In this document: one piece after another, positions 27,202 to 37,284 of the stretch | How positions within the stretch are numbered: the first letter of the stretch is position 1 | Layout of the letters: the number at the start of each line of letters is the position of its first letter | Assembly: GCA_965215505.1 (NCBI GenBank) | Contig: OZ244065.1 | Location: 1,376,001 to 1,440,000 of the forward strand | Length of the DNA: 64,000 bases | Direction of reading: 5' to 3' | Source of the DNA: Capsulimonadaceae bacterium | GTDB taxonomy: Bacteria > Armatimonadota > Armatimonadia > Armatimonadales > Capsulimonadaceae | The notes under the pieces: generated by a model | Database searches by the model: none | What the model was told of the DNA's origin: nothing | Seen by the model: the letters and a program-made list of their open reading frames with translations, nothing else | Program-made: the position numbers and the translations under genes

Positions 27202-29217
27202 GTGAACAGACCGTCATCCAGCCGCCCGCAGGCCGCACTCTTTTTTCTCCTCTGTGCCGCGCTCCCCGGCGCGGTCCACGCCCAGAGTCCTGCGGCGGTC
27301 GTGCCTGCCGTCGTGCCCCGCGCCCTCAGCCAGAAGGCGTTGCCGGCCTCAGACAGCCGACTGGACCGCCCCGTCACCCTCGACCTCATCAGCGTTCCAC
27401 TCAGCGAAGTGCTGCAACAGCAAAGCCTGGACAAGAGTACCGACAAGATGGAGGACGGCCACCGCTTCCTGCTCTCCGCCGCCCCCGACTGCGCCGACCT
27501 CAAGCTCCAGGTGCGTCTGAATAATCGCCCCCTGCGGACACTGATGACCGCCCTGGCCGAGATGGTGCCGGGCGTGTGGACGCCGACGCCGCACGGCTAC
27601 CAGCTTTCCATGACCAAGCAGGCCGCCGACGCGCGTTCGGAGTGGTGGCGGCTGTTCCTGGGCGAGCGTGAGAAGGCGCTGGCCTTGCAGCGTCAGGCGG
27701 TGCTGGCCGCCATGCAGACCAAAGCCGAGCGGCGCAAGGCGAGTGACCCGGACCCGGAGGAGCCGTCGGATCCTGCCGTGGAGGAAGACGTGGCGAATCA
27801 GCACGACTTTTTCCATTCGCTGCCCGAGACGCTGAAGGAGCAGATCGCCGCCAACATGGAAGAGAACTCCTTCTACGGGTTGGATGACATGAGGTGGGGG
27901 ACCGACGAAGAGCAATGCGGGGCCGTCGGGTGGCTGAGTCAGATGTCGCCGCAGACGCAGGAGAAGTTCAAGGCGGCGATGCAGGCCAACGTGGGCCGCA
28001 TGGCGCAGGCCCCACCGGTCTATCAGAAGTACGCGGTGCAGGCGCAGAAGGACCTGACGGCTTTCGACCCGAGCAGGGTCTATTTCTCGTTCCAGAACGG
28101 GGGCACGGGCGTTCTAGCAATCCCCTTCAACGCCCCACCGTCGGCCAGCGCGATCCTGGATGTCAGAGTTCCTATGGCCCCAAGTACCCCGCTTCTGATG
28201 CTAAAGCAGGAGCCGCTCGCCCGCGCCGTACAGCAGATGGGGAAGGAAGCGCCGGAAGAGTGGAGGCGGCTGGCCGCCTATCAGCGGAGCCGCGTCTGGC
28301 CCAACGCCCTGCCCAAGCTGCCGCCCGATGACCACACCGCCTACCACCCCTCGATCAGCCGTGCGGCACAGATGGACTGGCTGGGGGAGCGGGGGCACAT
28401 GGAGTACGTCTGCGACTACTACTCGCGCGGCGGCTATGAGATGCCCGCCGCGCAGAAGAAGCTGCCGGTCAAGCGCCCCCTGGCGACGGAACTCGACGAG
28501 ATGGCCGCGCGCAAGGATGTGAGCTGGACGAAGGACGCGGACGGCGTGTACCTGGTGCGCGACAACCGGTGGTATCGGGACGACGGCCTGGAGGTGCCCC
28601 AGCCTTTGCTGCGGCGCTGGTTCGGCGCGTTCCTCCGAGACTTCGGCCAAGGGGTGCCACAGACGCTTCAGACGCCCGAAGAGCGATTGGCGGCGATGCG
28701 GCGGAATTGGGACTGGGCGGCAGAGGTGTTCAGCACTCTGACGCCGTGGCAGATTCGCAATGGTCTGGCTTTGTTCCAGCCGGAAGAGAAGGACTTGGCC
28801 CCGCAGAATGACGCCATGGAGGTGAAGATCAATGCGCCTCTAGAACATCCCGTTCCAAGTGGCACCGTGCCGCCCGATTATGATCTTTATCAGATCGGGC
28901 TTCGGCAGCCCCCGCTCTCCTCAACAGTCAACATCATCAAGGGATACCCGCACACGATCCTGTTCTACAGCGGCTTGGACGACGCCGGGCGGACGGCACT
29001 GCTGGACGGACGCCTGCCGGCCTCGGCCCTCAGCGCGGCGCAGGTGGCGCAGGCGACCGCCTTGCAGCCGTTTCTGCCGTCGGCCATGCAGAACTTCCCG
29101 CCCGCATCGGTGTTCCTGGGCCTGCGCTCTCGCATGGACACCGCTCCACAGCACGTCTCGTTCGGGTACGTCCCGCCGTCGCGACTGGAACTCTCCACGC
29201 CGCAGACCGCCCCATAG
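27202..29217 (+). CDS. Secreted hypothetical protein with STN-like domain(s) (671 aa)
   Basis: SD AGGAGG before GTG 27202; signal peptide VHA-Q; RLDRPVTL..PLSEVL..PLRTLMTALA and a second similar segment PLATELDEMA..GVYLVR. Confidence 0.65.
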   Translation: MNRPSSSRPQAALFFLLCAALPGAVHAQSPAAVVPAVVPRALSQKALPASDSRLDRPVTLDLISVPLSEVLQQQSLDKSTDKMEDGHRFLLSAAPDCADLKLQVRLNNRPLRTLMTALAEMVPGVWTPTPHGYQLSMTKQAADARSEWWRLFLGEREKALALQRQAVLAAMQTKAERRKASDPDPEEPSDPAVEEDVANQHDFFHSLPETLKEQIAANMEENSFYGLDDMRWGTDEEQCGAVGWLSQMSPQTQEKFKAAMQANVGRMAQAPPVYQKYAVQAQKDLTAFDPSRVYFSFQNGGTGVLAIPFNAPPSASAILDVRVPMAPSTPLLMLKQEPLARAVQQMGKEAPEEWRRLAAYQRSRVWPNALPKLPPDDHTAYHPSISRAAQMDWLGERGHMEYVCDYYSRGGYEMPAAQKKLPVKRPLATELDEMAARKDVSWTKDADGVYLVRDNRWYRDDGLEVPQPLLRRWFGAFLRDFGQGVPQTLQTPEERLAAMRRNWDWAAEVFSTLTPWQIRNGLALFQPEEKDLAPQNDAMEVKINAPLEHPVPSGTVPPDYDLYQIGLRQPPLSSTVNIIKGYPHTILFYSGLDDAGRTALLDGRLPASALSAAQVAQATALQPFLPSAMQNFPPASVFLGLRSRMDTAPQHVSFGYVPPSRLELSTPQTAP

Positions 29218-29219
29218 GA

Positions 29220-29277
29220 GGGCGCGATGAATCGCGCCCCTACGAAACACCACGGTAGGGGCGGGGTTTCCCCGCCC
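29220..29277. repeat. Two GTAG-type REP-like hairpins
   Basis: GGGCGCGATGAATCGCGCCCCTAC and GTAGGGGCGGGGTTTCCCCGCCC. Confidence 0.7.
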
Positions 29278-29291
29278 GCCTCTTTCTCCGC

Positions 29292-30581
29292 CTATTCTAC
29301 GCTGTGGTGGAACCCCGCCGCCGCCAGCCCGCGTTCCATGTTGGGGTCGGTTCTCAGCAGCCGCCAGACCAGGCCGGTGCGGGCGTTCTCGGTCGCCAGC
29401 AGCATCATCCCCAGGTCGATGCCGATCACGTCGGGGTCGTACCAGCCCTTGTCCACGTTGAAGGCGTTGGAATAGCCGTAACGGCCCCAGAGGTCGCCGC
29501 CGTGCTTTTGCCAGAGGGCGTCAAGCGCGGCCCGCGACGGGCCGGGGGTGAAAAGAAGACCGGCAAGCATGGCCGTCGGCGAGACGGTGCCGTCGTCGTG
29601 GCCGGGCGCGGGCCAGTTCGCCCCGTAGCCGACCGGGGGCGGCTGGTCGTTGGCGCTGACGCCCCAGAAGCCCTCGGCATGGGTCTTGCGGCCGTCGGGG
29701 TTGCGCGCGCAGTAGGCGATGTCGGCGCGGTGCGCGTCCCGCCAGGCCGCCCACCAGTCCCGCCCCTGGCGGTCCCGCAGGCCGCGCAGGTCGCAGAAGC
29801 CGGGTGCCATCTGGGCCATGAACAGCGGCTCGGCCCCGCCGAACACGGCGTAGCCTTCCAGACGCGCCGGTCTTACGTCCCAGGCGTCCCAGGACCGCGC
29901 CAGGAGCGGGTGCGTGCGCGACCCCAGGGCGAGCCAGTAGAGGAAAGACGCTTCGCTGTAGCCCTGCCAGCGCGACTTGATCCAGCTGTCTTCCGGCTTC
30001 CAGCCCATCGAGAGCGATGGGGGGCGAGACACAGAATCGCCCGCGTCGCGCATCCAGGGCCAGTCCGCCCGGTCCGTCAAGGCGTCGGCGAGCCGCTGCA
30101 CTTCCGAACCGGGCCAGAAGTCGCCCGCCACGCGCGCGCCCATCAGCAGCAGGGCCGTGTCCACGGAAGACAGCTCGCACTTCCAGACGCGCGCCCCCGT
30201 CGCCTTGTCCACGAAGTGGAAGTAGAACCCGTGACGGTTCTCCATCTTGTTCCGGACGAAACGCAGCGTGGTCAGGGCGCGGGCGTAGGCCGCCTTCCGG
30301 CTGACCCAGCCGTGGGAGACGCCGACCGGCAGGGCGGCGAGCGCATACCCGGTCGCCGCCGTGGAGGCGACCGTATAGGCGTCCGGCTTGCCGGGCAGGT
30401 TCCGCGCCCGGTCTTTGGTCAGACCGGTCTTGGGGTCGCTCTCGTCCCAGAAGAAGTCGAACGCCCGGTGCTGCACCGTCTCCAGCGTCGGGGCCTGGGC
30501 ACGGGGCGGGGCGGGCGGGAGCGCAGCCGCCGGCGTCTGGGCGGCCAGCAGAACCGCCCAAGCGAGGAAAAGGCGCTTCAT
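29292..30581 (-). CDS. Secreted 'glucoamylase-like' (GH144-like) glycoside hydrolase
   Basis: Signal peptide; AFDFFW..GLTKDRA, STAATG, HGFYFHF, ELSSVDTALL, WGRYGYSNAFN, IGIDLG..EN.RTG. Confidence 0.82.
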   Translation of the reverse strand: MKRLFLAWAVLLAAQTPAAALPPAPPRAQAPTLETVQHRAFDFFWDESDPKTGLTKDRARNLPGKPDAYTVASTAATGYALAALPVGVSHGWVSRKAAYARALTTLRFVRNKMENRHGFYFHFVDKATGARVWKCELSSVDTALLLMGARVAGDFWPGSEVQRLADALTDRADWPWMRDAGDSVSRPPSLSMGWKPEDSWIKSRWQGYSEASFLYWLALGSRTHPLLARSWDAWDVRPARLEGYAVFGGAEPLFMAQMAPGFCDLRGLRDRQGRDWWAAWRDAHRADIAYCARNPDGRKTHAEGFWGVSANDQPPPVGYGANWPAPGHDDGTVSPTAMLAGLLFTPGPSRAALDALWQKHGGDLWGRYGYSNAFNVDKGWYDPDVIGIDLGMMLLATENARTGLVWRLLRTDPNMERGLAAAGFHHSVE

Positions 30582-30598
30582 CGTGGTCCCCACAGGCT

Positions 30599-31363
30599 CT
30601 AGTCGTTGTTTGGGTACTTCTTGAGGTTGGTGAGCAGCGTGTAGGTCCAGTCCCCTGGGTCCGCCGCCGCCGCCGCCGCGTTGAAGCGCCACTCGTTGAT
30701 GCCGTTCGTCTCCACGAACGTCTCGATCAGGCGGCGATACTTGACGTGGCCGTCCATGTAGATGATGTTGCCGGCCTTCTTGTTGTGCCCGCTGTTGTAC
30801 TCCGAAGGGCCGCCGAACGCCCCGCCGTCCGTCGCCGGCTCGCTGTAGCCGAGGTAGGGGCCGACGTCCGGGTACTTGTAGCTGTCCTCGATGATGATCA
30901 GCGAGGAGGAAGGCTGGTCCAGCCCGGCCAGGAGCTGGGGGTATCCCGCGCCGTGCCCGAACTTGGCCGAGAGGAAGCCGTCGGGCAGCCACATGGCGTA
31001 GCCGGCGGGGAAGACGCCGCCCGTGTCTTTGTTCTGGGCGGCCGGGTTGGAAGGGCACCGGAACACTTCTTTGCTCTTGATGTAGGCGTTCAAAGCATCC
31101 TTCCAGTTGCGCTGGTGGCCGTCCGCAGGGTCCAGGTCGGAGTACCGCTCCGGGAAGAACTCGTCGTTGTCCTGGACGTACTGCATCAGGCCCAGGCCGA
31201 TCTGCTTCTCGTTGGAGGCGCAGGCGGCCCGCCGCGCGTTCTCGCGCACTTTCTGGAAGACGGGGAACAGGATGGCGGCAAGTATCGCGATGATCGCGAT
31301 GACAACGAGCAGTTCGATGAGCGTGAAGCCGCTCTTCCGGGAGGATCTGGGGGAAGGTTTCAT
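30599..31363 (-). CDS. Prepilin-type N-terminal cleavage/methylation protein (DUF1559 / H-X9-DG-like)
   Basis: [56 protein letters not shown]. Confidence 0.9.
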   Translation of the reverse strand: MKPSPRSSRKSGFTLIELLVVIAIIAILAAILFPVFQKVRENARRAACASNEKQIGLGLMQYVQDNDEFFPERYSDLDPADGHQRNWKDALNAYIKSKEVFRCPSNPAAQNKDTGGVFPAGYAMWLPDGFLSAKFGHGAGYPQLLAGLDQPSSSLIIIEDSYKYPDVGPYLGYSEPATDGGAFGGPSEYNSGHNKKAGNIIYMDGHVKYRRLIETFVETNGINEWRFNAAAAAADPGDWTYTLLTNLKKYPNND

Positions 31364-31389
31364 GGTTTTCTCCTCGTGACGGGACAGCG

Positions 31390-32418
31390 TTAATGCAGGC
31401 GACCACAGGAGTCGCGCTCTTGCAGTGTCGGGGCGAACAGAAGATGGCGGTCGGCAACCGCCTCACGGCGAACCACCTGCCTCAGCAGGGTGACTCCGGC
31501 CACGGCCATGTCGTAGACCGGCTGGCGGATACTGGATAGGCGCGGGGAGGCATGGTCGCACATCCGGGTGCCATCAAAGCCGATCACGGAGACGTCTTCC
31601 GGCACGCGCCGGCCGAGCCGTTCACGCAGCACGCGCACCGCCTGGAGGGCCGCGTCGTCGCTCCACGCGAAGATCGCCGTCGGCGGCTCCGCCTGCCCCA
31701 TGACGGCGAGGAACGGGGCGATGTCACCGCCCCCGTAGGTCATCTCGCATTCCCACGCGGGGCTTGGGACAGCCCCTTTCGCCCGCAGGGCGGCGCGATA
31801 CCCCTCCAGCCGGTCCATCGCCGCCGCCGAGTGGTGCGAGCCGGACAGGTGCGCGATCCTCCGGTGACCCAGGCCCCAGAGGTATTCCACGGCCAGGCGC
31901 GCGCCCGCCTCGTTGTCGCAGTCCACGGAGCAGGCGTCCACGAGGGCCGAGCGGCTGAAAATCTGGACGAACGGGAAGCCGCGCGCCGTCAGCCGCTCGG
32001 CCAGCGGATCGTCCCGGTCCCGCAGGAGCAGGGCACCGTCGGCACGCCCGTCCGTCAGCGCCGCGACATCCCGCTCCATGTCGTCTTGCCCTTTGGTGTG
32101 CAGCATTAGGTCGAACCCCAGGGCCGTCGCCGCATCCGTCGCCCCGTGCATCAGCTCGTTCGTGAACCCCGACCAGCCGGAAAAGACGGCCGGGAACTGC
32201 ATGACGAGCGCCAGCGTGTCCGTCTGTCGCCGGGCCAGCCCGCGCGCCAGCGCGTTCGGGTGATAGCCCAGATCCCTGGCGGCGGCCAGGACGCGGCGGC
32301 GCGTCTCGTCACTGATACGCACTCCGGTCTGCCGGCCGTTCAGGACGTAGGAGACGGCCGTCTTGCTGACCCCGCCCCGTTCCGCCACATCCTTGATTGT
32401 CACCCCGTTTTTTCCCAT
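31390..32418 (-). CDS. LacI family transcriptional regulator
   Basis: [45 protein letters not shown]. Confidence 0.93.
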   Translation of the reverse strand: MGKNGVTIKDVAERGGVSKTAVSYVLNGRQTGVRISDETRRRVLAAARDLGYHPNALARGLARRQTDTLALVMQFPAVFSGWSGFTNELMHGATDAATALGFDLMLHTKGQDDMERDVAALTDGRADGALLLRDRDDPLAERLTARGFPFVQIFSRSALVDACSVDCDNEAGARLAVEYLWGLGHRRIAHLSGSHHSAAAMDRLEGYRAALRAKGAVPSPAWECEMTYGGGDIAPFLAVMGQAEPPTAIFAWSDDAALQAVRVLRERLGRRVPEDVSVIGFDGTRMCDHASPRLSSIRQPVYDMAVAGVTLLRQVVRREAVADRHLLFAPTLQERDSCGRLH

Positions 32419-32428
32419 GATGTGCTGA

Positions 32429-32485
32429 TGAACCGGTTCACCACCGCTATAATACGATTATCGCATACAAACCGATTTCTGTCAA
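32429..32485 (-). promoter_or_regulatory. Sigma70 promoter with two LacI-type operators
   Basis: - strand TTGACA-N17-GATAAT; AAATCGGTTT in the spacer; TGAACCGGTTCA downstream. Confidence 0.75.
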
Positions 32486-32503
32486 GGGGGAATACAAACA
32501 AAA

Positions 32504-32527
32504 AGGGCGAACAAGGTTCGCCCCTAC
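32504..32527. repeat. GTAG-type REP-like hairpin
   Basis: AGGGCGAACAAGGTTCGCCCCTAC; near-identical copy at 63945-63970. Confidence 0.72.
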
Positions 32528-32553
32528 ATGCCATCCGGGATACCGGCCCGAAG

Positions 32554-33450
32554 TCAGGAGGTTTCGTGGGTCGTGCCGGGGTTCGCGCCGCCCGACTTGT
32601 GCTTGCCGCCCTTGTCGCTCGTGCCTTCCGTCCGGCGCATCTCGGCGAGTTCCGCCTTGCGCTCCGCGCCGAGCTTCTTCAGGGTTTCCTCCCACTCCTT
32701 CTTGTAGGGGCGCAGCGTCTCCACCAGGGTAGTGGCGATGGCGAGGTTGCGGAACCACTTGCGGTTCGCGGGCACGATGTACCAGGGCGCGGACTTGGCC
32801 GCCGTCGCGGCCAGGGCGTCCTCATAGGCACCGGTGTAGGCGTCCCAGAACTGGCGCTCCTCCCAGTCGCCCGGCGACAGCTTCCAGGCTTTCTCCTCGT
32901 CCTGCTCCCGCGCCTCCAGCCGCTCTTTCTGCTCGTCCTTGCTGATGTGCAGGAAGAACTTCAGGATGATCGTGTTGTTGTCGGCCAGTTCCTGCTCGAA
33001 GTTCTTGATGTGCGCGTAGCGCTTCTTGACCACGTCGTCGCTGACCATCTTGTGTACGCGCGTCACCAGGACGTCTTCGTAGTGGGAGCGGTTGAAGATG
33101 GTCATCATGCCTTTGGCGGGCGTCTGCTGGTGGATGCGCCACAGGAAGTCGTGGGCGGCTTCCAGCGGGGTCGGCACCTTGAAGGAGGCCACGTCGCAGC
33201 CCTGCGGGTTCATGCTCGCCATGACGTGCGCGATGGTGCCGTCCTTGCCGGACGTGTCCAGCCCTTGCAGGACGATCAGGACGCTGTGCGTCTGGGCGGC
33301 GTACAGCCACTCCTGGAGGCCGGTCAGCTCCTCGCCCAGCTTGGCGAGGACGACGGCGCTGGTGTCCTTGTCCTCGTCGCCCTTCTCGTCGGGCGCATAG
33401 TCGCTGAGTTTGATCTTCTGTTCTTTGTCTATCTTGGTCGCGTAGCTCAT
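32554..33450 (-). CDS. ppk2: Polyphosphate kinase 2 family protein
   Basis: LQGLDTSGKDG, HDFLWR, FNRSHYEDVL, KFFLHISK, KAWK, APWYIVPANRKW. Confidence 0.93.
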   Translation of the reverse strand: MSYATKIDKEQKIKLSDYAPDEKGDEDKDTSAVVLAKLGEELTGLQEWLYAAQTHSVLIVLQGLDTSGKDGTIAHVMASMNPQGCDVASFKVPTPLEAAHDFLWRIHQQTPAKGMMTIFNRSHYEDVLVTRVHKMVSDDVVKKRYAHIKNFEQELADNNTIILKFFLHISKDEQKERLEAREQDEEKAWKLSPGDWEERQFWDAYTGAYEDALAATAAKSAPWYIVPANRKWFRNLAIATTLVETLRPYKKEWEETLKKLGAERKAELAEMRRTEGTSDKGGKHKSGGANPGTTHETS

Positions 33451-33582
33451 CGTCGCGTGTTCCCCCTGGCCCATTGTAGCACATGCCGCCATTGCGCGGC
33501 CCTCACGGAACCTTTTCCAACGTGCCCACGTCCCAAACCATCCCTGCAAGGCGCAGGGCAGCGAGACCCAAGGAAAAAGAAC

Positions 33583-33981
33583 ATGAACAACACACATAAC
33601 AGGAACACCATCTGGGGCGCAGGATTGGCCGTCATCGCCCTCGGCATCGCCGCCTCGGCCGGCCCGGCGGCAGCCCAGCCGATGCTCCTCTCCCACCCCG
33701 CCCAGGTGCGTCAGACCTTCGGCGACTGGGGCCACGACAACGGCTGGAACCATGACGGCGATCAGGGGCGCGACCGTGGCCGCGACCGGGAGCGCCACAT
33801 CGAGCAGGAGCGCCTCCGTGTCGAGCGGGAGCGCCGTGAGGCCGAGCGCGCCCGCCACGAGGCGGAGGTGCGGCACGCGGCGGAAGTGCGGCACGAGCAG
33901 TGGCTGCGGGAGCATCGCCGCGACGGGGACCGCGACCGCCATGACGCTTACGGCGACTGGCGGAACGACGACAGGCGGTGA
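33583..33981 (+). CDS. Small secreted, highly charged hypothetical protein
   Basis: Signal peptide AAA-Q; R/E/H/D-rich low-complexity body; terminator follows. Confidence 0.65.
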   Translation: MNNTHNRNTIWGAGLAVIALGIAASAGPAAAQPMLLSHPAQVRQTFGDWGHDNGWNHDGDQGRDRGRDRERHIEQERLRVERERREAERARHEAEVRHAAEVRHEQWLREHRRDGDRDRHDAYGDWRNDDRR

Positions 33982-33997
33982 CGCCGGCGGGCGCAGG

Positions 33998-34028
33998 AAA
34001 GGCGGGGGCCGGCAGCCCCCGCCTTTTT
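33998..34028 (+). terminator. Intrinsic terminator
   Basis: AAAGGCGGGGGC-loop-GCCCCCGCCTTTTT. Confidence 0.8.
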
Positions 34029-34072
34029 CTGGTTCCTTAGCCGACTGATATGCGGAAAGAACACAACGCACA

Positions 34073-34115
34073 TTTACAAAATCGGTTTGGCGTGTTATAA
34101 TCTGCAAACCGGTTT
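34073..34115 (+). promoter_or_regulatory. Sigma70 promoter with two LacI-type operators
   Basis: TTTACA-N17-TATAAT; AAATCGGTTT in the spacer; AAACCGGTTT at 34106-34115. Confidence 0.78.
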
Positions 34116-34120
34116 ACACG

Positions 34121-35185
34121 ATGACCAAACCAACCACCATCCAGGACGTGGCCGAGGCGCTGGGGATGCACAAGTCCACCGTCTCCCTGGCGCTGTCAGG
34201 CAAGGGCAACATCTCCGCGCAGACCCGCGCTCGCGTCCTCGCGGCCACGCAGGAACTCGGGTATGAGCCGAATCCGCTGGCCCAGCGCCTCGCCAACGGC
34301 CACCGGAACCCGATGGTCTGCATTTTCAGCGGCGTCCTTGATGTCGGCCTGTCCACCGAGAAGATCCTGACGATCCAGAAGGAGATGAGCGCGCGCTCCT
34401 TCGAAGCGCCGATCTACACCTGTCCGGAGCCGGCGGGCGGGGCGAACACCTCCCAGGCCGATCTGCTCAAGAGCCTCTGCCGTCAGCGCCCCCAGGCGAT
34501 CATCTGCGCCGCGCCGATGCTGGACCCGGACGTCTTCGGGGAGCTAACATCATACATCGGCTCCGGCGGCACCGTCGTCAGCTACGACGTCCCCGTCCCC
34601 CTGCCCTGCGATCAGGTCGTCTTCGACCGGGAGGACAACGCCTACCAGGCGGCGCGTTTTCTCCTGCGGCACGGGCACCGCCGGCTGGGGATCGGCATGT
34701 CCGACACCGCCCCGTGGCTGTCGGGCAAGACCGAAGGCGGGCCGCAGTCGTTCCGCCTGCGCGGGTTCCGGCGCGCACTGGAGGAGTCCGGCGTTCCGGT
34801 GCGCGACGAGTGGTGTTTCCGCACCGCCGCCTATGAACGGGGCGGGGCGGAACTCGCCCGGCGGTTTTTGCAGATGGCGGACCGGCCCACGGGCCTGTGC
34901 ATCGTCAACGACTACGTCGCGCTGGCCTTCATGGTCGAGGTGATGCAGGCGGGGGTCCGCATCCCCGAGGACCTGAGCATCGTCGGGCATGACGACCAGC
35001 CCATCGCCCCGTATTGCCCCGTCCCGCTGACGTCCGCCTCGCACCCGGCGCGGGAGATCGCGCAGGCAGTCGTCGCCCTGCTGCTCGACCGCCTGGGCGG
35101 CAGCCGGCAGCCGCCGCAGACCGTCGTGATTCGGGGGGAGATGGTGGCGCGTGGGAGCGTCGCCGTCCCCCAGGGAAAGGCTTGA
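34121..35185 (+). CDS. LacI family transcriptional regulator
   Basis: TIQDVAEALGMHKSTVSLAL, LGYEPNPLAQRL, IPEDLSIVGHD. Confidence 0.92.
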   Translation: MTKPTTIQDVAEALGMHKSTVSLALSGKGNISAQTRARVLAATQELGYEPNPLAQRLANGHRNPMVCIFSGVLDVGLSTEKILTIQKEMSARSFEAPIYTCPEPAGGANTSQADLLKSLCRQRPQAIICAAPMLDPDVFGELTSYIGSGGTVVSYDVPVPLPCDQVVFDREDNAYQAARFLLRHGHRRLGIGMSDTAPWLSGKTEGGPQSFRLRGFRRALEESGVPVRDEWCFRTAAYERGGAELARRFLQMADRPTGLCIVNDYVALAFMVEVMQAGVRIPEDLSIVGHDDQPIAPYCPVPLTSASHPAREIAQAVVALLLDRLGGSRQPPQTVVIRGEMVARGSVAVPQGKA

Positions 35186-35192
35186 TTCACGC

Positions 35193-37283
35193 ATGAAAGT
35201 GTACTTCTGCTCGCTCCTCGCCGTCCTGTTCGCGTCCCTCGCCCTGGCCGCGCGGACGACCGCCGCCGCGCCGCCGACGCTGTGCATCATCGGCGACTCC
35301 ACCGTCAAGAACCACACGGCGGGCCTTGAGGGCTGGGGGGACCCCATCGGCGCATACTTCGACAAGTCAAAGATCGTCGTCGTGAATCACGCGCTGGGCG
35401 GGCGCAGCAGCCGGACGTTTCTGACCGAGGGCCTGTGGGACAAGGCGTTGGCCGACCTGAAGCCCGGCGACTTCGTCCTGATGCAGTTCGGCCACAACGA
35501 CGGCGGCTCCCCCCGGACCAGCTACCGCGCCTCCCTGAAGGGCGTGGGCGAGGAAACGGAGTCGGTCGTCAACCCCAAGACGAACCTCACCGAGACGATC
35601 CATTCCTACGGGTGGTATCTGCGGAAGTACATCGCGGACGCCAGGGCGAAGGGCGCGACGGCCATCGTCCTGTCGCCGATCCCGCGCAACATCTGGTCGG
35701 CGGACGGCAAGGTCGCGCGCAGCGGCGGCGACTACGGCCTGTGGGCCGCGCAGGCGGCGAAGGCCGGCGGCGCGTCCTTCGTTGACCTGAACGCCATCAT
35801 CGCGGACAAGTACGACGCCCTGGGGCCGGACAAGGTGAAGACGTTCTTCCCCGGCGACCACACGCACACCTCGCCGTCGGGGGCGGAGATGAACGCCGGG
35901 GCCGTCGTCGAGGGCTTGAAGGGGCTGAAGGACTGCCAACTGGCCGCCTTCCTCGCCGCCACCCCGCCCGTCTTCCCGCCTGCCGCCATGCCCGCAGTTA
36001 CTCCCGTCGAAACCGCGCTCGCCCCCGCCCCGATGCAGGCAGAAAGGGGCTTCAAGTTCGCGTTCGGCTCGGGGGCCGCCCCGGCGGGTTTCGTGCGCGT
36101 GCCGCCGACGGCCGCCTATACCCCCGAGCGCGGCTACGGGTTCGAGCCGGGTCCCGCGCCGACGGCGTCCACGGGCGGCGTCACCGGCGACAAGCCGTTC
36201 CTCTTCTCGGTCGCCCTCCCGGATGGCGACTACGATGTCACGGTGAAGATGGGCGATAGAAGCACCGCCACCACGACGACCCTCAAAGCCGAGGCGCGGC
36301 GGCTGATGCTGGAACGGGTGGAGACGGCGCCCGGCCGGACCGTCAGCAAGACCTTCGCGGTCAACGTCCGGACGCCGCAGATCAAGGGCGGCGGCGAGGT
36401 CCGGCTGAAGCCGCGCGAGAGCGGCCCGCCGATGGACCGGGACTGGGACGACCGGCTGACTCTGGAATTCAATGACGTCCGTCCCAGCCTCGACACGCTG
36501 GAGATCGCCCCCGCGCCCGCCGCCGTTACGGTCTATTTGGCGGGCGACTCCACCGTCACCGACCAGCCCGTCGAACCCTGGTGTTCCTGGGGCCAGATGC
36601 TGCCCCGGTTCTTCGGGCCGGGTGTGGCGGTCGCAAACAACGCCGAGTCGGGCGAGAGCCTGCGGAGCTTTTTGGGCGCACGACGCCTGGACAAAGTCCT
36701 CAGCACGATGAAGGCCGGGGACTATCTGTTCATCCAGTTCGGGCACAACGACCAGAAGGAACACGGGGAGGGGGTGGGCGCGTTCACGACCTACGCCGCC
36801 GACCTGAAGCGGTTCGTCGCCGAGGCGCGCAAGCGCGGCGGCCTGCCTGTCCTGGTGACGCCGATGAACCGCCGCCGCTTCGACGCGGACGGCAAGATCG
36901 TCAACACCCTGGGCGACTACCCCGAGGCCGTGCGCCGGACGGCGAAGGAAGAAGACGTGCCGCTCATTGACCTTAATGCCATGAGCAAGACATTATTTGA
37001 GGCGCTGGGGCCGCAGGGGACTTTGAAGGCCTTCGTCCACTACCCCGCCGGGACATTCCCGGACCAGCCCAAGGAGCTGAAGGACGACACCCACTTCAAC
37101 GGCTACGGCGCGTACCAGCTCGCCAAGTGCATCGTCGAAGGCATCAAGGCGGACAAGCTGCCATTGGCGAAGTATCTCCTCCCCGGCCTCCCGGCCTTCG
37201 ACCCCGCGCATCCCGACCCCGTGGACTCCTGGCACCTGCCCGCCAGCCCCTTGGCCCCGGTGGTGAAGCCGGACGGCAGTTAG
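35193..37283 (+). CDS. Rhamnogalacturonan acetylesterase-like protein with two SGNH (CE12-like) domains
   Basis: Signal peptide; GDSTV/FGHND/DHTH and GDSTV/FGHND/DDTH. Confidence 0.85.
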   Translation: MKVYFCSLLAVLFASLALAARTTAAAPPTLCIIGDSTVKNHTAGLEGWGDPIGAYFDKSKIVVVNHALGGRSSRTFLTEGLWDKALADLKPGDFVLMQFGHNDGGSPRTSYRASLKGVGEETESVVNPKTNLTETIHSYGWYLRKYIADARAKGATAIVLSPIPRNIWSADGKVARSGGDYGLWAAQAAKAGGASFVDLNAIIADKYDALGPDKVKTFFPGDHTHTSPSGAEMNAGAVVEGLKGLKDCQLAAFLAATPPVFPPAAMPAVTPVETALAPAPMQAERGFKFAFGSGAAPAGFVRVPPTAAYTPERGYGFEPGPAPTASTGGVTGDKPFLFSVALPDGDYDVTVKMGDRSTATTTTLKAEARRLMLERVETAPGRTVSKTFAVNVRTPQIKGGGEVRLKPRESGPPMDRDWDDRLTLEFNDVRPSLDTLEIAPAPAAVTVYLAGDSTVTDQPVEPWCSWGQMLPRFFGPGVAVANNAESGESLRSFLGARRLDKVLSTMKAGDYLFIQFGHNDQKEHGEGVGAFTTYAADLKRFVAEARKRGGLPVLVTPMNRRRFDADGKIVNTLGDYPEAVRRTAKEEDVPLIDLNAMSKTLFEALGPQGTLKAFVHYPAGTFPDQPKELKDDTHFNGYGAYQLAKCIVEGIKADKLPLAKYLLPGLPAFDPAHPDPVDSWHLPASPLAPVVKPDGS

Positions 37284-37284
37284 G

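Noticed and set aside
30582-31466. Pilin-hydrolase fusion suggested by the 724-aa ORF
   Set aside because: The extension is in a different frame from the pilin gene; the hydrolase has its own signal peptide from ATG 30581.
32146-33582. N-terminal part of the 611-aa plus-strand ORF
   Set aside because: Antisense to ppk2 and lacI; only 33583-33981 looks like a real gene.
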